NCBI RefSeq assembly: GCF_006345805.1 | Contig: NW_021834046.1 | Coordinates: forward strand, 1-22,518 | Source of the DNA: Octopus sinensis | Lineage: Eukaryota | Length of the DNA stretch: 22,518 bases | Direction of reading: 5' to 3' | Notes under the pieces: generated by a model | Database searches by the model: none | Seen by the model: only the letters and a program-made list of their open reading frames with translations | Told to the model about the DNA's origin: nothing | Position numbers and translations under genes: made by a program | In this document: piece after piece, positions 20,263 to 22,518 of the stretch | How positions within the stretch are numbered: position 1 is the first letter of the stretch | Layout: each line of letters starts with the position of its first letter

Positions 20263-20716
20263 TTAAATTCAAATTACGATGAATGTAACTAAACAAAATT
20301 TGCTTCAGAAGCGTTGAGATGTATTGAAAGATACAGATACGGAAATAATTTTATTCTCAAACGCAGGACAATGCTAAGAATGTAGCATGAACAGGATAAA
20401 CTACCAATATTTTGCAGGAAAATGTGTCGGCGGCCAGCCATGAGACACGAACTCATATCCCTGTGATTACGCGTCGTAGTGCTTTACCTTTAAGCTAAAC
20501 TGACCCAACAACAAATTCTTCTGCAAATTTAGGATATATAAATCTAGCTTTATGAGACGTTAAATTCAAAACACGATGAAAATAAAGAGAGTTTACTTTA
20601 AAAGCGTTGAGATATATTGAAAGGTAAGGAAATAACTTTATTCTCAAACGCAGGATAATGCTAATAATATATCATGAACAGGATAAACTACCATTATTTT
20701 GCAGAAAAATGTGTCG
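20263..20716. repeat. Diverged direct duplication, period 297 bp
   Basis: 20263-20429 aligns with 20560-20716 (ttaaattcaaa...agcgttgagat...ttattctcaaacgcagga...catgaacaggataaactacca-tattttgcag-aaaatgtgtcg). Confidence 0.9.
20432..20504 (-). pseudogene. Degenerate tRNA-like sequence (possibly Thr-CGT-derived pseudogene or SINE head)
   Basis: GTCAGTT TA GCTT AAAGGTA AAGC ... ATGAG TTCGTGT CTCAT GGCTGGC. Acceptor stem pairs (three G.U), D stem 4 bp, T stem 5 bp, anticodon stem broken, T-loop A58 lost. TTTT follows ~10 nt downstream (20419-20422). Confidence 0.55.
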
Positions 20717-20737
20717 ACACATTTTTCTGCAAAATAA
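20694..20737. repeat. Perfect 44-bp palindrome without spacer
   Basis: ttattttgcagaaaaatgtgtc|gacacatttttctgcaaaataa, checked base by base. Confidence 0.97.
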
Positions 20738-20742
20738 GGGTA

Positions 20743-21079
20743 AGGGGTAAAGACCCCCTTCGGTCATGAATGACCATGGGATTGCACCTAGAAAGTTACC
20801 CTCCTAGACACAAGTCCGGGCAAGGTTGTTTATGGAAGGCCAGCAGTCGCCCATGCATACCAGCCTCCCCTCTCCACGCCACGAGTGTTACCCAAGGGAA
20901 AGACAAAGGTCGATACAGCTTGGCACCAGTGACGTCGCAACTCATTTCTACAGCTGAGTGAACTGGAGCAACGTGAAATAAAGTGTCTTGCTCAAGAACA
21001 CAACACGCAGCGCGGTCCGGGATTCGAGCTCACAACCTCACGATCGTAAGCTCGACGCTCTAACCACTGAGCCATGCTC
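20743..21079 (-). mobile_element. Apparently full-length tRNA(Arg-ACG-like)-derived SINE with CORE-like centre, flanked by a 9-bp TSD
   Basis: A box TGGCTCAGTGG (21064-21074), TT-ACG-AT anticodon-like loop, B box GCTCGAATCC (21020-21029, one mismatch), central tgtgttcttgagcaagacactt. TSD ATAAGGGTA at 20734-20742 and 21080-21088. Resembles the octopus OR-type SINEs (recalled, not searched). Confidence 0.92.
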
Positions 21080-21091
21080 ATAAGGGTAGTT

Positions 21092-21123
<32 letters not shown>

Positions 21124-21173
21124 ATATTGGTTTTGTCTCAAATAATATTTTATATATATATATATATAATATA

Positions 21174-21209
<36 letters not shown>

Positions 21210-21213
21210 TATA

Positions 21214-21240
21214 CTAGCGAGATACCCGGCGTTGCCCGTG
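21214..21240 (-). mobile_element. Helitron 3' terminus (hairpin + CTAG); element extends to higher coordinates, 5' end not located
   Basis: Minus strand CACGG-GCAACG-CCGGG (21225-21240, one mismatch in a 5-bp stem), 7 nt spacer, then CTAG (21214-21217) followed by T. This is the canonical Helitron end and AT target. Confidence 0.7.
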
Positions 21241-22518
21241 TTACATACAATTGAAGAATTAGACTTTTCTGTCATATTTTCTCTAATGAACTGGAATATC
21301 TATGTTTCAAATTTCATCAAAATTGCAGATGAGGGTTATTTCCCTCTTTACACACACCCCCAAAATTGTAATCGTGCCACATATATCCCATACTACTGAT
21401 TTTTATGCGCATATTCCAAAATTCCAGTCTTATTGAACCTTTTAAAAAGATTTTGACCCTGAAAATGAACGTCATAGAGCTCTAAAATGTGAGAGTCAAG
21501 GCCCCTGTTGGGGGTGGGCATCTTATTGTCAACCAGAGAAGTTGAATTGTTGAGAATCTTTTTTACTTGGGTCTTATATATATTGTTTGAATTTCTTTGA
21601 AATAGGAAATATATGTTCACTGGGTTTGTAAAAGAGAGCAAAGCTACAGGAAACCAAAAGACGAATGATCACAATAAGCAGTCAGTTACCCTACCCTAGT
21701 CGTTACCACTCCCAATGTAGGATTCCTCACCACCCAGGTGACAGGCACAGCCGTAAGATGCATTACGAATCTATAGCAATTGGAAGGACGTGACCCAGCT
21801 GAAATAAACATTAACAACTGTGTGACGTGAGGGCTAAGGAGAAATGAAAGTTGGAGTTTGCAAATGACCACTATATTGATATGTAACTGGACAGAATAAA
21901 TTTACAATCTATAAATGTCTTTGAATAACCAGTCACTCATCTGGGAAGGCCTTGAAATCAATGTTACTATCTGGGGACTATGTGTGACCGAGTGATAATA
22001 AAAACACTGAAAAGAAGTCTGCAATCAAATAACTTTACTCAACACTTTGCAACTGAGTCAGTGGAGGCAAAGGTGCCTCTCATTTACTTGACAATTTATG
22101 CACCACATTGCAGAAATCACAATGTATGTGTATGCCAAAGCAAACTCTTACACTGTTGTACCATTGAATTACAAATAATGCTCAACTTTTATGCCCGGGT
22201 AACCCTACAGCTTCCAAGAGCACAACTGTATTCGTTTTTGCTTCGATAAAATGAGAAAATTGTGGATGTGGGGTCTTTATAACTTGTATGAAGATGGAAT
22301 TTTATAAATATTACTTCATTTGTGTCTAATATCTATGGTTAAATTTCCTCAATAGCAAAAATATATGAATTGTCATGGGGGTTATGGCCCTTACGCATAG
22401 AATATAATTTCCAATTTCATAAAGATTCATTCAGTACTTTTGACCTAGTTTTGGATCAAAAAAGAAATGACTAAAATTGGGAGTTAAAGCTCCCATTAGG
22501 GTTATATATATATGTATA

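Noticed and set aside
82-22249. Most ORFs in the six-frame track (poly-YI, CV, HT, I, L, LSIY peptides)
   Set aside because: They are translations of microsatellites or low-complexity tracts, with no domain-like sequence.
1-22518. CRISPR array, rRNA or intact tRNA genes, prokaryotic operon-like systems
   Set aside because: No regularly spaced repeat-spacer units or rRNA motifs. All tRNA-like segments are SINE heads or have broken arms, and the sequence is clearly eukaryotic repeat-rich DNA.

Overview
AT-rich eukaryotic (animal) non-coding DNA. It is dominated by microsatellites ((TA)n, (TG)n, (TATG)n, (AGAT)n, (ATT)n, (GTT)n) and decayed mobile elements. The SINE repertoire and microsatellite load suggest a coleoid cephalopod such as Octopus; this is inference from recalled repeat families, not a database result. 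No host protein-coding gene can be supported, and almost all listed ORFs are translations of microsatellites. Protein-coding remnants are a 5'-truncated Tx1/L1-clade LINE (1421-3050, minus) and a DD37D/maT-type Tc1-mariner transposon (5226-6402). Also present are several tRNA-derived SINEs, Penelope-like terminal-repeat fragments, a ~250-bp MITE and a Helitron 3' terminus. The most interesting signal is a pair of minimal type I hammerhead ribozyme motifs in back-to-back elements (6640-6685 minus; 7117-7154 plus). The first lies in an element that starts with a tRNA-derived Pol III head, i.e. a candidate self-cleaving SINE. A second notable locus (20263-21094) combines a tandem tRNA-like unit, a fold-back palindrome and a SINE inserted into one palindrome arm with a 9-bp TSD.
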